DNA of 31,703 nucleotides, taken from a virus. Lineage: Duplodnaviria; Caudoviricetes. This document shows, piece after piece, positions 16,678-27,300 of this stretch. The translations under genes were made by a program, and so were the position numbers. The DNA lies in the IMG/VR virus record IMGVR_UViG_3300044723_010971, positions 1-31,703 of that record, one strand, 5' to 3'. The notes below the pieces were generated by a model. That model was given only the letters and a program-made list of their open reading frames with translations. It had not been told where the DNA came from and did not search any database. Within the stretch, counting starts at the first letter, position 1, and every line of letters starts with the position of its first letter.

Positions 16678-19093
16678 ACCAGTTGTAAAAAGTTATTTTC
16701 CTAGTCAAATTGCTAGCGACTTAGAGAAAATTACACCAGAGTATGGACTCAAGGTGGCCAAAGCTATAGAGCATGAATGGTTTAAAAGAGACTCTGGCAC
16801 AAACCGGTACTATAATAACCAAAATACTTTTCACAGAAGAAGGCTATATGCTCGTGGTGAACAATCAATACAAAAGTATAAAGATGAATTATCTATCAAT
16901 GGTGATTTATCATATCTTAATTTAGACTGGAAGCCTGTTCCTATTATACCTAAGTTTGTTGATATTGTTGTTAATGGGATGTCAGACCGCGTATTTGACA
17001 TAAAAGCATTTTCGCAAGATCCATATGGTATGAGCAAACGTACTGAATATATGGAATCAGTACTTAGGGATATGGCAACTATAGACATTAATAATTACGT
17101 TCAAGATACATTGGGCATTAGTCTTTTTGAAAATCCTCCAGAGGAGTTGCCAGACTCAAAGGAAGAATTAGAATTGCACATGCAGCTAAGCTATAAGCAA
17201 GCCGCGGAAATTGCTCAAGAACAAGCTATTAACACAATTCTAGAAGGCAACCATTATGATTTAACGCGTCGGCGATTAATGTACGATTTAGTTACAATTG
17301 GTATGGCGTGCGTTAAAAATAATTTTTCTACTTCGCAAGGTGTTACTGTTGAGTACGTAGATCCTGCTGACATTATTTATTCATATACAGATTCTCCGTA
17401 TTTTGACGATATTTATTATGTTGGTGAAATTAAAACTATACCAATTAATGAATTAAAAAAGCAATTCGCTGATTTAGATAATGAGCAATTAGAGAACATT
17501 ACAAAACAAGGTATTCAAAATACAGATTTTTATCATAGAACAATGGATGAGACAAATAATATTGACTCAAACTCTGTTCAAATATTATACTTCAATTATA
17601 AAACATACATGAATGAAGTATATAAAATAAAAGAAACCGCTACTGGTGGATCAAAAATATTAATTAAAGACGATCAGTTTGATCCGCCCACAGACGTATT
17701 AGACGGCAATTTTGAAAAAGTATCACGGTCATTAGAGGTGTTATACGAAGGGGCGCTAGTTTTAGGCACTAACACATTATTAGAATGGAAGCTTGCTGAA
17801 AATATGATGCGCCCTAAAAGTGATTATACTAAAGTTAAAATGAACTATAGTATTGTCGCTCCGCGTATGTACAAGGGCCGTATTGAATCACTAGTTAGCC
17901 GTATTGAAGGGTTTGCTGATATGATTCAGCTAACACATTTGAAACTACAACAAGTACTATCCCGTATGGTACCCGACGGGGTTTATCTTGATGCTGATGG
18001 TTTAGCGGAAATTGATTTAGGCAACGGCACAAATTATAATCCGCAAGAGGCATTAAACATGTTTTTTCAAACTGGTTCTGTTATCGGCCGTTCATTCACC
18101 TCAACAGGCGATATGAACCCTGGCAAAATGCCAATCCAAGAGCTTGCAAGCGGCAGCGGTAATAATAAAATTCAGTCTCTTATCGGGGCTTATAATTATT
18201 ACTTACAAATGATCCGGGATGTAACAGGGTTAAACGAAGCAAGAGATGGCAGCATGCCGGATAAGAATGCATTGGTTGGGGTACAAAAATTAGCGGCTGC
18301 AAATTCAAACACAGCAACCCGCCATATATTGCAAGCGGGATTGTTCTTAACTGCAGAAACCGCGGAGTGCTTAAGTTTACGTATATCTGATATACTTGAA
18401 TATTCGCCGACCCGCGAAGCGTTTATTCATAGTATTGGGGTACACAATGTGGCCACGCTCGATGAAATGGTTAACCTTCATTTGTATGATTTTGGCATAT
18501 TTATTGAATTAGCTCCTGATGATGAAGAAAAACAATTACTTGAAAATAATATTCAGATGGCTCTGTCGGCCGGTCTTATTGAATTAGGTGACGCTATTGA
18601 TTTGCGAGAAATTAAAAATATCAAGCTGGCTAATCAATTACTTAAAATACGTAGACAAAAGAAACTACAAAAAGACCAGCAAATGCAGCAGGCAAATATT
18701 CAGGCACAAGCCCAAGCTAATGCTCAAGCGCAGCAAGTCGCAGCCCAGGCTGAGGTGCAAAAGCAGCAAGCATTAATACAAATGAATATGCAAATGGAAC
18801 AAACTAAAGCTCAGCTTGAACAACAAAAATTAATGCAAGAAGCCGAGGTTAAAAAGCAGCTAATGCAGCTTGAATTCCAAATGAACATGCAACTTAAAAA
18901 TATGGAAGCTGAAGTTTACAAAAGTAAAGAAGGCTTTAAGGAAGACCGTAAAGACAAGCGAGTAGACAAGCAAGCTACCCGCCAAAGTGATCTTATTGAC
19001 CAACGTCAAAATAACACAGGTCCGAAAAATTTTGAGTCAGCGGGCAATGATGTCTTAGGTGGCTTTGACTTAGGTTCCTTCGAACCTAGGTAA
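16670..19093 (+). CDS. Portal protein
   Basis: 807 aa after TerL. PIIPKFVDIVV, IRDVTGLNEARDG, and a long Gln-rich C-terminal helix like the barrel of P22/crAss-type portals. Confidence 0.88.
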   Translation: MAEPVVKSYFPSQIASDLEKITPEYGLKVAKAIEHEWFKRDSGTNRYYNNQNTFHRRRLYARGEQSIQKYKDELSINGDLSYLNLDWKPVPIIPKFVDIVVNGMSDRVFDIKAFSQDPYGMSKRTEYMESVLRDMATIDINNYVQDTLGISLFENPPEELPDSKEELELHMQLSYKQAAEIAQEQAINTILEGNHYDLTRRRLMYDLVTIGMACVKNNFSTSQGVTVEYVDPADIIYSYTDSPYFDDIYYVGEIKTIPINELKKQFADLDNEQLENITKQGIQNTDFYHRTMDETNNIDSNSVQILYFNYKTYMNEVYKIKETATGGSKILIKDDQFDPPTDVLDGNFEKVSRSLEVLYEGALVLGTNTLLEWKLAENMMRPKSDYTKVKMNYSIVAPRMYKGRIESLVSRIEGFADMIQLTHLKLQQVLSRMVPDGVYLDADGLAEIDLGNGTNYNPQEALNMFFQTGSVIGRSFTSTGDMNPGKMPIQELASGSGNNKIQSLIGAYNYYLQMIRDVTGLNEARDGSMPDKNALVGVQKLAAANSNTATRHILQAGLFLTAETAECLSLRISDILEYSPTREAFIHSIGVHNVATLDEMVNLHLYDFGIFIELAPDDEEKQLLENNIQMALSAGLIELGDAIDLREIKNIKLANQLLKIRRQKKLQKDQQMQQANIQAQAQANAQAQQVAAQAEVQKQQALIQMNMQMEQTKAQLEQQKLMQEAEVKKQLMQLEFQMNMQLKNMEAEVYKSKEGFKEDRKDKRVDKQATRQSDLIDQRQNNTGPKNFESAGNDVLGGFDLGSFEPR

Positions 19094-19127
19094 TATAAAT
19101 AAGTGTATAATTATATAATATTTTATC

Positions 19128-20336
19128 ATGAACGAAGAAGAAAATAAAGTTGTTGAGGCTGTTGAAGAAACACCTCAGCAAGTAGAAAAAACAACACCGG
19201 CTGTTGAAGAAAAGCCAGATGATGGTGTTATTAGAGTTGACTTAAGAAATTTTAATCAAGAACAAGAAGATGCCGTTCCAGAGCAAGAAACAAATGCAAG
19301 CGATGATACTGTCGGAGAACCCGAAGACAAGGAAAGTAGCGAAGCAGTGGTTGAAGAAGTACGGGAGCCCAACGAAGAAGAGCAGCCCGTACAAAATGAA
19401 GACCAGCCCGTTCTTGAAGAAATAACCGAAGAAGAGGTACAAGAGCAAACCGCTGATTTGGCCGATGAAGTTAAAGAAGCAATTGCTGATCAACAGGAAA
19501 GCGGCATTGAGCTACCGGAAAACATTCAAAAAGTTGTTGATTTTATAAATGATACTGGAGGCAGTTTAGAAGACTACGTACGATTAAATCAAGACTATTC
19601 GCAGTTAGCTGAAAATCAGTTACTTGTTGAATACTACAAGCAGTCTAAGCCCCATCTTACAGACGATGAGATTAGTTTTCTTATAGAAGACAAGTTTGAT
19701 TATGACGAAGAGATCGATGAAGAGCGCGACATTAAGCGTAAGAAATTAGCGTTTAAAGAAGAGCTTGCACAGGCTAAGAACCATTTAGAAAATCAAAAGT
19801 CTAAATATTACGAAGAAATTAAAGCTGGATCTAAGTTAACGCCTGACCAGCAAAAGGCAGTTGAGTTTTTCAACCGCTATAATAAAGAAAACGAGGAGGT
19901 CACTCGCGTTGCTGAGCAACAAAAAAAGACGTTCTTAAAAAGAACGGATGAAGTATTTACAAATGAATTCAAAGGTTTTGAATATAATGTTGGAGATAAA
20001 AGATACCGTTTTAATGTTAAGGATGCTTCTGAGGTAAAGAATACGCAGTCTGATATTAATAATTTCGTCAAAAAGTTTTTGGATGAAAAAAATAATATGA
20101 AAGATGCTAAAGGTTACCACAAATCATTATTTACTGCAATGAATGCGGACGCTATTGCAAATCACTTTTATGAACAAGGCAAAGCTGATGCGCTTAAAGA
20201 TAGTATTGCACGGTCCAAAAATGTAAATATGGATCCACGCAAATCTCATGAGCCCGTCAAGGATGTTAAAGGATTTAAAGTGCGAACAATTAGTGGTGAT
20301 GACTCTTCTCGCTTAAAAGTGAAAATTAGAAAATAA
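19128..20336 (+). CDS. Acidic scaffold-like protein
   Basis: Very Glu-rich disordered N-terminus with helical remainder, located between portal and MCP. Confidence 0.6.
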   Translation: MNEEENKVVEAVEETPQQVEKTTPAVEEKPDDGVIRVDLRNFNQEQEDAVPEQETNASDDTVGEPEDKESSEAVVEEVREPNEEEQPVQNEDQPVLEEITEEEVQEQTADLADEVKEAIADQQESGIELPENIQKVVDFINDTGGSLEDYVRLNQDYSQLAENQLLVEYYKQSKPHLTDDEISFLIEDKFDYDEEIDEERDIKRKKLAFKEELAQAKNHLENQKSKYYEEIKAGSKLTPDQQKAVEFFNRYNKENEEVTRVAEQQKKTFLKRTDEVFTNEFKGFEYNVGDKRYRFNVKDASEVKNTQSDINNFVKKFLDEKNNMKDAKGYHKSLFTAMNADAIANHFYEQGKADALKDSIARSKNVNMDPRKSHEPVKDVKGFKVRTISGDDSSRLKVKIRK

Positions 20337-20356
20337 CAAATTAAAATTTAAAAACT

Positions 20357-21778
20357 ATGAGTTTTGCAACTGGGGGAGCATTCCCCGCCGGGTTAACACC
20401 CTCACCAACTAAAACGTTGTTTGATAAAAACTATTTAGCTATAGCAGACAACGATTTTAATTTTACTAAGCAATTCTTACCAGAAGTATATGAAAAAGAA
20501 GTAGAGCGTTACGGAAATCGTTCTATCTCTTCTTTCTTGCGTATGGTAGGAGCTGAAATGCCAATGGCTTCTGACGAAGTTGTATGGACTGAACAAGGAC
20601 GTTTACATGTAGCTTATGACGACGCTAAAATTGCCACAGTAAATACTAATACCGATAATACGGTAAATATTACTGGACACGCAATTCGCGCTAATCAAAC
20701 TATCATTGTTGCTAATGGGTTTGTTACTGTTCGTGCTTTTGTTAAGACTGTAGCTACTGATAGCATTGAGGCTTATCCATTAGATTCAGATACTTGGCCG
20801 TCTTCTTTTGTTGCTGTTGGAACAAATCCAGATCTTAAAGTATTTGTTTATGGATCTGAATTTGGAAAAGGTTCAGCTGGTATGCAAGGATCAATTGATG
20901 CTGGTTTCCAAAAATTCTCTAACTCGCCAATTATCTTAAAAGATAAATATTCAATCAACGGTTCTGACACTGCTCAAATCGGCTGGGTTGAAGTAACTAG
21001 CGAAATTGGAACTTCTGGTTACCTATGGTATCTAAAGTCTGAGCACGAAACACGTCTTCGTTTTGAAGATTATCTTGAAATGACTATGGTAGAAGCTGAA
21101 AAAGTAACAGCCTCTACTGACATTGTAGACGCAAATTCACAAACAGTACGTGGTACTGAAGGTCTTTTTGCTGCTATCGAGTCACGAGGATTGATTTTCA
21201 ACGATCACGATTTTGACAACACAACTGGACTTACTGGTCTTGCTGAGTTTGACTTAATCTTAGCTGAGCTTGATAAGCAAGGTGCTATCGAAGAAAACAT
21301 GCTTTTCTTAGATCGTGGCACTTCATTGGCTATCGACAATATGCTAGCACGTGCTAATTCTTATGGGACTGGTGGTACTTCTTATGGGGTATTCAACAAC
21401 AGTGAGGATATGGCTCTTAACTTAGGATTCTCTGGATTCCGTCGTGGATCTTATGATTTCTACAAAACTGACTGGAAATACTTGAACGACGCTGCTACTC
21501 GCGGTCTTACTGCTGATATTGACGGTGTTCTTGTACCTGCTGGTGTATCTACTGTTTACGATCAAACATTAGGTAAAAACATCCAACGTCCTTTCTTACA
21601 CATTCGTTATCGTGCTTCTGAAGCCGATGATCGTCGTATGAAGTCTTGGATCACTGGATCAGTTGGAGGAAATTATACTTCTGACATCGACGAAATGAAC
21701 GTACACATGCTTTCTGAGCGTTGTCTGTGTGTTCAAGGTGCTAACAACTTCGTATTATTGAAGGACACTGCATCATAA
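20357..21778 (+). CDS. Major capsid protein
   Basis: 473 aa with strongly biased codons (GCT, CGT, GGT) suggesting high expression. Located after portal and scaffold, followed by a strong terminator hairpin. Confidence 0.85.
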   Translation: MSFATGGAFPAGLTPSPTKTLFDKNYLAIADNDFNFTKQFLPEVYEKEVERYGNRSISSFLRMVGAEMPMASDEVVWTEQGRLHVAYDDAKIATVNTNTDNTVNITGHAIRANQTIIVANGFVTVRAFVKTVATDSIEAYPLDSDTWPSSFVAVGTNPDLKVFVYGSEFGKGSAGMQGSIDAGFQKFSNSPIILKDKYSINGSDTAQIGWVEVTSEIGTSGYLWYLKSEHETRLRFEDYLEMTMVEAEKVTASTDIVDANSQTVRGTEGLFAAIESRGLIFNDHDFDNTTGLTGLAEFDLILAELDKQGAIEENMLFLDRGTSLAIDNMLARANSYGTGGTSYGVFNNSEDMALNLGFSGFRRGSYDFYKTDWKYLNDAATRGLTADIDGVLVPAGVSTVYDQTLGKNIQRPFLHIRYRASEADDRRMKSWITGSVGGNYTSDIDEMNVHMLSERCLCVQGANNFVLLKDTAS

Positions 21779-21785
21779 TAATTAT

Positions 21786-21830
21786 TAAGGTACGGCCCCT
21801 TCGGGGGCCAATACCTTATTTTAACTTTTT
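21786..21830 (+). terminator. Rho-independent terminator after MCP
   Basis: GGCCCC-TTCG-GGGGCC (21794-21809, cUUCGg loop), extended by TAAGGTA/TACCTTA and followed by TTTTAACTTTTT. Confidence 0.85.
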
Positions 21831-21844
21831 AATTTTATTATATT

Positions 21845-22690
21845 ATGGCAACTAAAAAAACAGGTGCAAAAAAGCCTGCACCAAAAACAACAGAAGCTGT
21901 AGAGCAAGAAATTATTACTGCTCCAGCCCCTAAGGCCGTTGAGCCTAAAAAACCAGAATGGGAATTTAAAGATAGAACATATTATTTGGTTAGCAGAAAA
22001 CAACCGCTAATTATGACAATCCCATCTAAGCATTCTCAAAAACGATCTTTATTATGGTTTGACCCAGATAAAGGCTACCAAAGAGAATTACGTTATGCAA
22101 CAAATCAGCCTAGTCCATTTGTAGACGAACAACAAGGACCAGCTACATTAGAGCATGTTGTATTCAGAGACGGGACATTAACAGTGCCGGCCGCAAAAGT
22201 AGCGTTACAAAAATTACTTTCATTATATCATCCGTTAAAGGATAAATTATATACAGAATTTAATGCTGTAGCAAATGCGGAAGACGACCTTGATAAAATT
22301 GAACTTGAAATTAATGCTCTTAACTTAGCTAATAATTTAGATATTGATGAATTAGAAGCAATATTGCGAGTTGAGATTGGATCAAGAGTAAACTCGATGA
22401 CATCAAAAGAATTAAAACGTGATGCATTAATTTATGCCAAACGTCAACCAGCTACATTTATTAATCTTGCACAAGATGAAAATGTTCAGCTAAGAAACTT
22501 TGGCTTAAAAGCTGTTGAACAAGGATTTATGGTATTATCACAAGACCAACGTGATTTTACTTGGGGATCAACAGGAAGAAAACTATTTACAATTCCATTT
22601 GATGAAAATCCATATTCAGCATTAGCTGCGTGGTTTAAAACAGATGAAGGCGTAGAAGTTTATCAAAATTTACAAAAAAGACTTAAATAG
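21845..22690 (+). CDS. Conserved structural-cluster protein downstream of MCP
   Basis: 281 aa with K/P/A-rich flexible N-terminus. Position matches the conserved post-MCP gene of crAss-like phages. Confidence 0.65.
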   Translation: MATKKTGAKKPAPKTTEAVEQEIITAPAPKAVEPKKPEWEFKDRTYYLVSRKQPLIMTIPSKHSQKRSLLWFDPDKGYQRELRYATNQPSPFVDEQQGPATLEHVVFRDGTLTVPAAKVALQKLLSLYHPLKDKLYTEFNAVANAEDDLDKIELEINALNLANNLDIDELEAILRVEIGSRVNSMTSKELKRDALIYAKRQPATFINLAQDENVQLRNFGLKAVEQGFMVLSQDQRDFTWGSTGRKLFTIPFDENPYSALAAWFKTDEGVEVYQNLQKRLK

Positions 22691-22737
22691 TCACCTTTAT
22701 AGTAATGGGCTACTGTAAAAGGTGGCCCATTATTATA
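22690..22737 (+). promoter_or_regulatory. Intergenic RNA structure with two alternative hairpins
   Basis: 17-bp stem 22698-22714/22721-22737 (3 G-U pairs), or 15-bp stem 22690-22704/22711-22726 (2 G-U pairs, 1 bulge). Confidence 0.65.
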
Positions 22738-22752
22738 ATAATAAAAAGCATT

Positions 22753-23466
22753 ATGGCAATAAGCGTAGATACAGTATATCAAAGAGTACTTGCAATCTTA
22801 AACAAAGAGCAAAGAGGTTATTTAACGCCGCAAGAATTTAATTTATTTGCCAACCAGGCTCAAAGAGATATTTTTGAGCAATACTTTTATGACATTAACC
22901 AGTTTGGCCGTATGCACGGAAATGATACGGAATATTCAGACATGCTTAATATACTTAATGAAAAGATTAGTGTGTTTGAAAAAGAAGGAAATGTTACAGG
23001 TGGTACAACACTTCCCACTGACCTATACCGTTTAGGCACAGTAAAAACATTATATACAGATCCATATAGAGACAACGAGCCGCAAAGGCTAATAGAAGCA
23101 GAAAGAGTTAATAAAAACGAATATTTATATATATTAAGATCTCCTTTGTCAGCGCCCACAGTTGATAGGCCAATATATATTAGAGACGCAGACGGCATAG
23201 AAGTATATGGGCCGGATCAATTAACTTCATTCGTAACATGTAATTATATAAAAATACCAACCGATGTAGAATGGAACTACACGATGGTGCTTGGCGTTGC
23301 ACAGTATAACGCGTCAACCTCAACTGATTTTGAACTACACGAATCCGAGGAGCCAGAGCTCGTAGAAAAAATATTGGAATTATCTGGAATGTTACTTAAA
23401 GATCCAGGCGTATACCAAATAGCTAACCAAGAAGAGCTTGAAAGAATTCAACAAGAAAAAGCATAA
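22753..23466 (+). CDS. Tail ring / head-tail adaptor protein
   Basis: Likely start ATG 22753 (MAISVDTVY), since the 22705 ATG lies inside the hairpin. LNKEQRGY.TP.EFNL.A..AQ N-terminal helices resemble crAss-like ring proteins. Confidence 0.7.
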   Translation: MAISVDTVYQRVLAILNKEQRGYLTPQEFNLFANQAQRDIFEQYFYDINQFGRMHGNDTEYSDMLNILNEKISVFEKEGNVTGGTTLPTDLYRLGTVKTLYTDPYRDNEPQRLIEAERVNKNEYLYILRSPLSAPTVDRPIYIRDADGIEVYGPDQLTSFVTCNYIKIPTDVEWNYTMVLGVAQYNASTSTDFELHESEEPELVEKILELSGMLLKDPGVYQIANQEELERIQQEKA

Positions 23467-23469
23467 TAA

Positions 23470-24348
23470 ATGGCACTATTTACAGGAACTCAACAACAAT
23501 ATTACGAGGGAAATAATTATGGTAATTATCAGTTTATATTCCTAGATGATATTATTAATAATTTTATTATTGCTTACGTTGGTGAGGATAAAATTATATC
23601 TAAAATAAAAAGAACTGACGTAGCTTTTCACGCACAACGCGCTATGCAAGAATTAAGCTATGACACTGCTCGTTCTGAAAAATCACAAGAAATTGAGGTT
23701 CCGCCTAGCCTGCAAATGATTTTACCACATGACTACGTAAATTACGTAAAGCTCACCTGGGTAGACGATTCAGGTATTGAAAGAGTCATTTATCCGGCAT
23801 CAAAAACAAGTAATCCATTGCCATTATTACAAGATAGTGATTACGACTACACATTTGATAATGATGGTAATTTACTTACTGCCAATGAATCTGAGACATG
23901 GAAAAAGTTTAAAGCAGCTGGGTCAACAGAGGAAGATGAATTAAGTGATTTAGAAGAAAACACTTCTTTTACTCAGTTGTTTGGGCAGCGCTTTGGTATT
24001 GATCCTCAACATACTCAAAGCAATGGGCTGTTTTTTATTGACCCAATAAAGTCTAAAATATTCTTTAGCGCAGATATGGTTGGGCGTATTGTAACAATTA
24101 AGTATATATCTGACGGAGTTGCTACGGTTAAAGAAATGAAAGTGCATAAATTTGTTGAAGAGGCAATGTATAAAAGCATTGCTTACGCGATCCTTTCAAC
24201 TAGAGCTAATACTCCAGAATACATTGTAAATAGATTTAATAAAGAAAAATTTGCTTCAGTAAGACAAGCCAAACTTCGTTTATCTAATATTAAGTTAGAA
24301 GAGCTTACACAAATAATGCGAGGTAAGTCTAAGCAAATAAAACACTAA
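23470..24348 (+). CDS. Second tail ring / tubular protein
   Basis: LPHDYVNYVKL and I.YISDG pattern of adaptor-type proteins; lies between the ring and muzzle genes. Confidence 0.6.
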   Translation: MALFTGTQQQYYEGNNYGNYQFIFLDDIINNFIIAYVGEDKIISKIKRTDVAFHAQRAMQELSYDTARSEKSQEIEVPPSLQMILPHDYVNYVKLTWVDDSGIERVIYPASKTSNPLPLLQDSDYDYTFDNDGNLLTANESETWKKFKAAGSTEEDELSDLEENTSFTQLFGQRFGIDPQHTQSNGLFFIDPIKSKIFFSADMVGRIVTIKYISDGVATVKEMKVHKFVEEAMYKSIAYAILSTRANTPEYIVNRFNKEKFASVRQAKLRLSNIKLEELTQIMRGKSKQIKH

Positions 24349-24351
24349 GAT

Positions 24352-27300
24352 ATGCCAGAATTAAAACGGTTATTTCTTAAAGGTCGAATGAACAAAGACC
24401 TTGATGAGCGATTAGTGCCTAATGGTGAATATAGAGATGCTTTAAATATACAGGTAGGTTCATCTGAAGGCAGCGATGTAGGGGCTATTGAAAATATCTT
24501 AGGCAATCAAGTTGCGCGTAAAAAAAGCAATAAACAGCTTTGGGAAGATGAAGATGCCACACATAATTATTATGGGCTTCCTTTTAGCGCTACATGTATT
24601 GGGGCGTTTAAAAATGATATTACAGATAAAATTTATTGGTTTGTGACGTCATCTGAAGCTGATTGTATAATTGAATATGATAAAGCAAGAGATTATGTTG
24701 CTCCTGTTTTAGTTGATACACAAAATGTTTTAAATTTTTCTTCAAGCAAGCTTATTACAGGCGTAAATATAATTGACAATTATTTATATTTTACTGACGA
24801 TAATTCAGAGCCCAAAAAAGTAGATATTCGTTCTACTGCTTTTACTTCAACAAATTTTTCAACCCATAGCACATATAAGGGCCGTAATTTTATAGAATCA
24901 GATATTACGGTAATTAAAAAGTCGCCTTTATCAGCACCAACAATGGAACTTGCTAATAGCACCGTTGAAACGGTTGAAGGCATAACTAATGTTATTACAA
25001 CATTTGCTTATAATTTTAGCGAGCCATTACAATTAAATAATGGCAGCCTCCGTCCATCAGTAGGTATACAAGACCCCGAGACCGATACTCCAATTACAAT
25101 TACGACAAATTCAGATACTGCTTTTCAAGTTGGCGATAGTTTAATTGTTACTGCAGCCCCAATTGAAGCAGATAATGAGTCAACTCAATATTATGTTAAT
25201 TTATTAGTTGACGCAGTTAATAGCCCATCTTCGTTTGATGTGTTTATTATTGGAATATCTGGAATTGTTGTAGATAGCGATACATTTATATATGACTGTG
25301 AATTATCTCAAAAAACACCGCCATTTGAAAATAAATTTCCAAGATTTGCTTATAGATGGCAATATGATGATAATCAATTTTCTTGTTTTTCTCCTTTTAC
25401 CGAAGTAGCATTTTTACCTACAAAGTATGAATACAATGCTAAAAAGGGTAACAATATTGGCATGGCAAATGTTACACAAAAAGTAACATTAAGTGGGTTT
25501 GAAACGCCTCCGGTTGATGTAAAAAAGATACAGGTATTATATAAAGAAACAAATAATGCCACTGTATATGCCGTTGATGATTTTACTGTAGATAAATTAG
25601 ACGACCCTAGCTTTTATTTTGCCGTAACCACTAATCTTATTTCAAAAGTTATACAATCAAATCAATTATTACGGCCATGGGACAATGTGCCAAGGCTAGC
25701 TAAATCACAAGAAATAGTTGGTAATAGAATTGTGTATGGAAATTATTTACAGAATTATACATTAAACGAAGAAGTAAACTTAAGCATAAGCTTAGCAGGA
25801 GGATCAACAGACCCAGATAATCCATTAACTTCAATTAAATCAAACAGAAATTACCAGATTGGTGTTGTATTTAAAGATGAATATGGCCGGGAAACACCAA
25901 TATTTACAAATGATACCGCCGCTATAGATATACCTAAAGCACGTTCCATACAAAAAAACAGATTAAGAGCACAAGCCACCTCACCTGCCCCAACTGGATT
26001 TACTCATTTTAAGTATTTTGTTAAAGATCCTGCAAACGAATATTATAATTTAGCTGTTGACAGAATATACAAATCAAAAGACGGGGTAACAGCATGGTTA
26101 TCTTTTCCGTCATCTGAAAGAAATAAACTAACAGAAGATTCCTATATTATACTTAAAAAGGGGCATGACACCGATAAACCTATATTAACTACTGATAACA
26201 AGTATAGAGTATTATCTATTTCAAACGAACCACCAGCTGAGCTTGTTTCTCAAAGAGACTTTTTAGGACAAGCATTAATTGCATTTGGTACTGGATATGG
26301 TAATTATGTAGAGCAGACAACACGCGCTGTTGGGAAAACGCCGGTTACAGGCAGTACATTTTTTCTTATTGGTCGAGAAAATGGCGCAAATGGTGTTGAA
26401 GAAGATACTAAAGCTATTTTAGTACCTGGTAATTATGTAAGATTTACAGACGGTACAGAAAATTCAAGATTTTACGAAATTAATAACGCAATATTTACCG
26501 GCGCTGATGACGCGGCGAAAGTATTTGTAACAGAGCCTTTTTTAAACGATGTTGAATTTTTATATAACGAAAGCGACGCTGTTGTTAGTTCACCGAATGT
26601 GCAGCTACAAATATATGGTGAAGTTGATGTTGAAGATAAGGGCCAATTTCAAGGTAAATTTTTTGTAAGTGTTGAGCAAAATAATACATTAACAGAAAAT
26701 ATATTTAGAACCCTTGGGACTACGGTTGAAAATAGCATGAGATTTCGATCTTGGGGCGTAGCAACTATTAATTCAGATGGTATTGTAACAAACACAACTA
26801 GTTCAAGCGGCTATAATCCTTCTGGTAATTTATATGTACAAATATGGGGTGGGGGACATGCGCCAGCGAGGTATTACAACCATAAAAATAGAGATGGAGG
26901 CCTCGACCCTATATCCGGCGATATTGCGCCGCCATGGGCAGATGGTACTGGTGATGAGCAATGGGATATTGTTTTTGAAAGATATGAACGCTCAAATGAA
27001 ATAGATTTTAGTGCCTGGGGCAGATTAGGACAAATTGGCACAAAAATTAGATTTAGAAAAGGTGATGCAACACAACAAGCTGTAATATACACTATTGAAA
27101 AAGCCCAGCAATTTGATGTAACTAATCGTGACTATGTGCGCTTATATGTTAAATTTGATAAACGCTTAGAAGTAACCGTTAACCCTAATTTTGACGCAAC
27201 AACAGGAATAAATTTTACGCAGCTATTAATATTAGGTGAAGAAAAAACAGATGATTTTACAAGCTCAAATCCCGCTATTTTTGAAACTGAACCAAAAGAA

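Noticed and set aside
18660-18900. Gln-rich CAG/CAA repeats in the portal gene
   Set aside because: Explained by the helical barrel expected in podovirus portals; not a DNA repeat element.
14458-21778. Introns or inteins in TerL, portal or MCP
   Set aside because: ORFs are continuous and of plausible size, and I noticed no intein splice motifs or homing endonuclease.
22705-22752. N-terminal extension MGYCKRWPIIIIIKSI
   Set aside because: It translates the hairpin and AT-rich leader. ATG 22753 has the typical start context.
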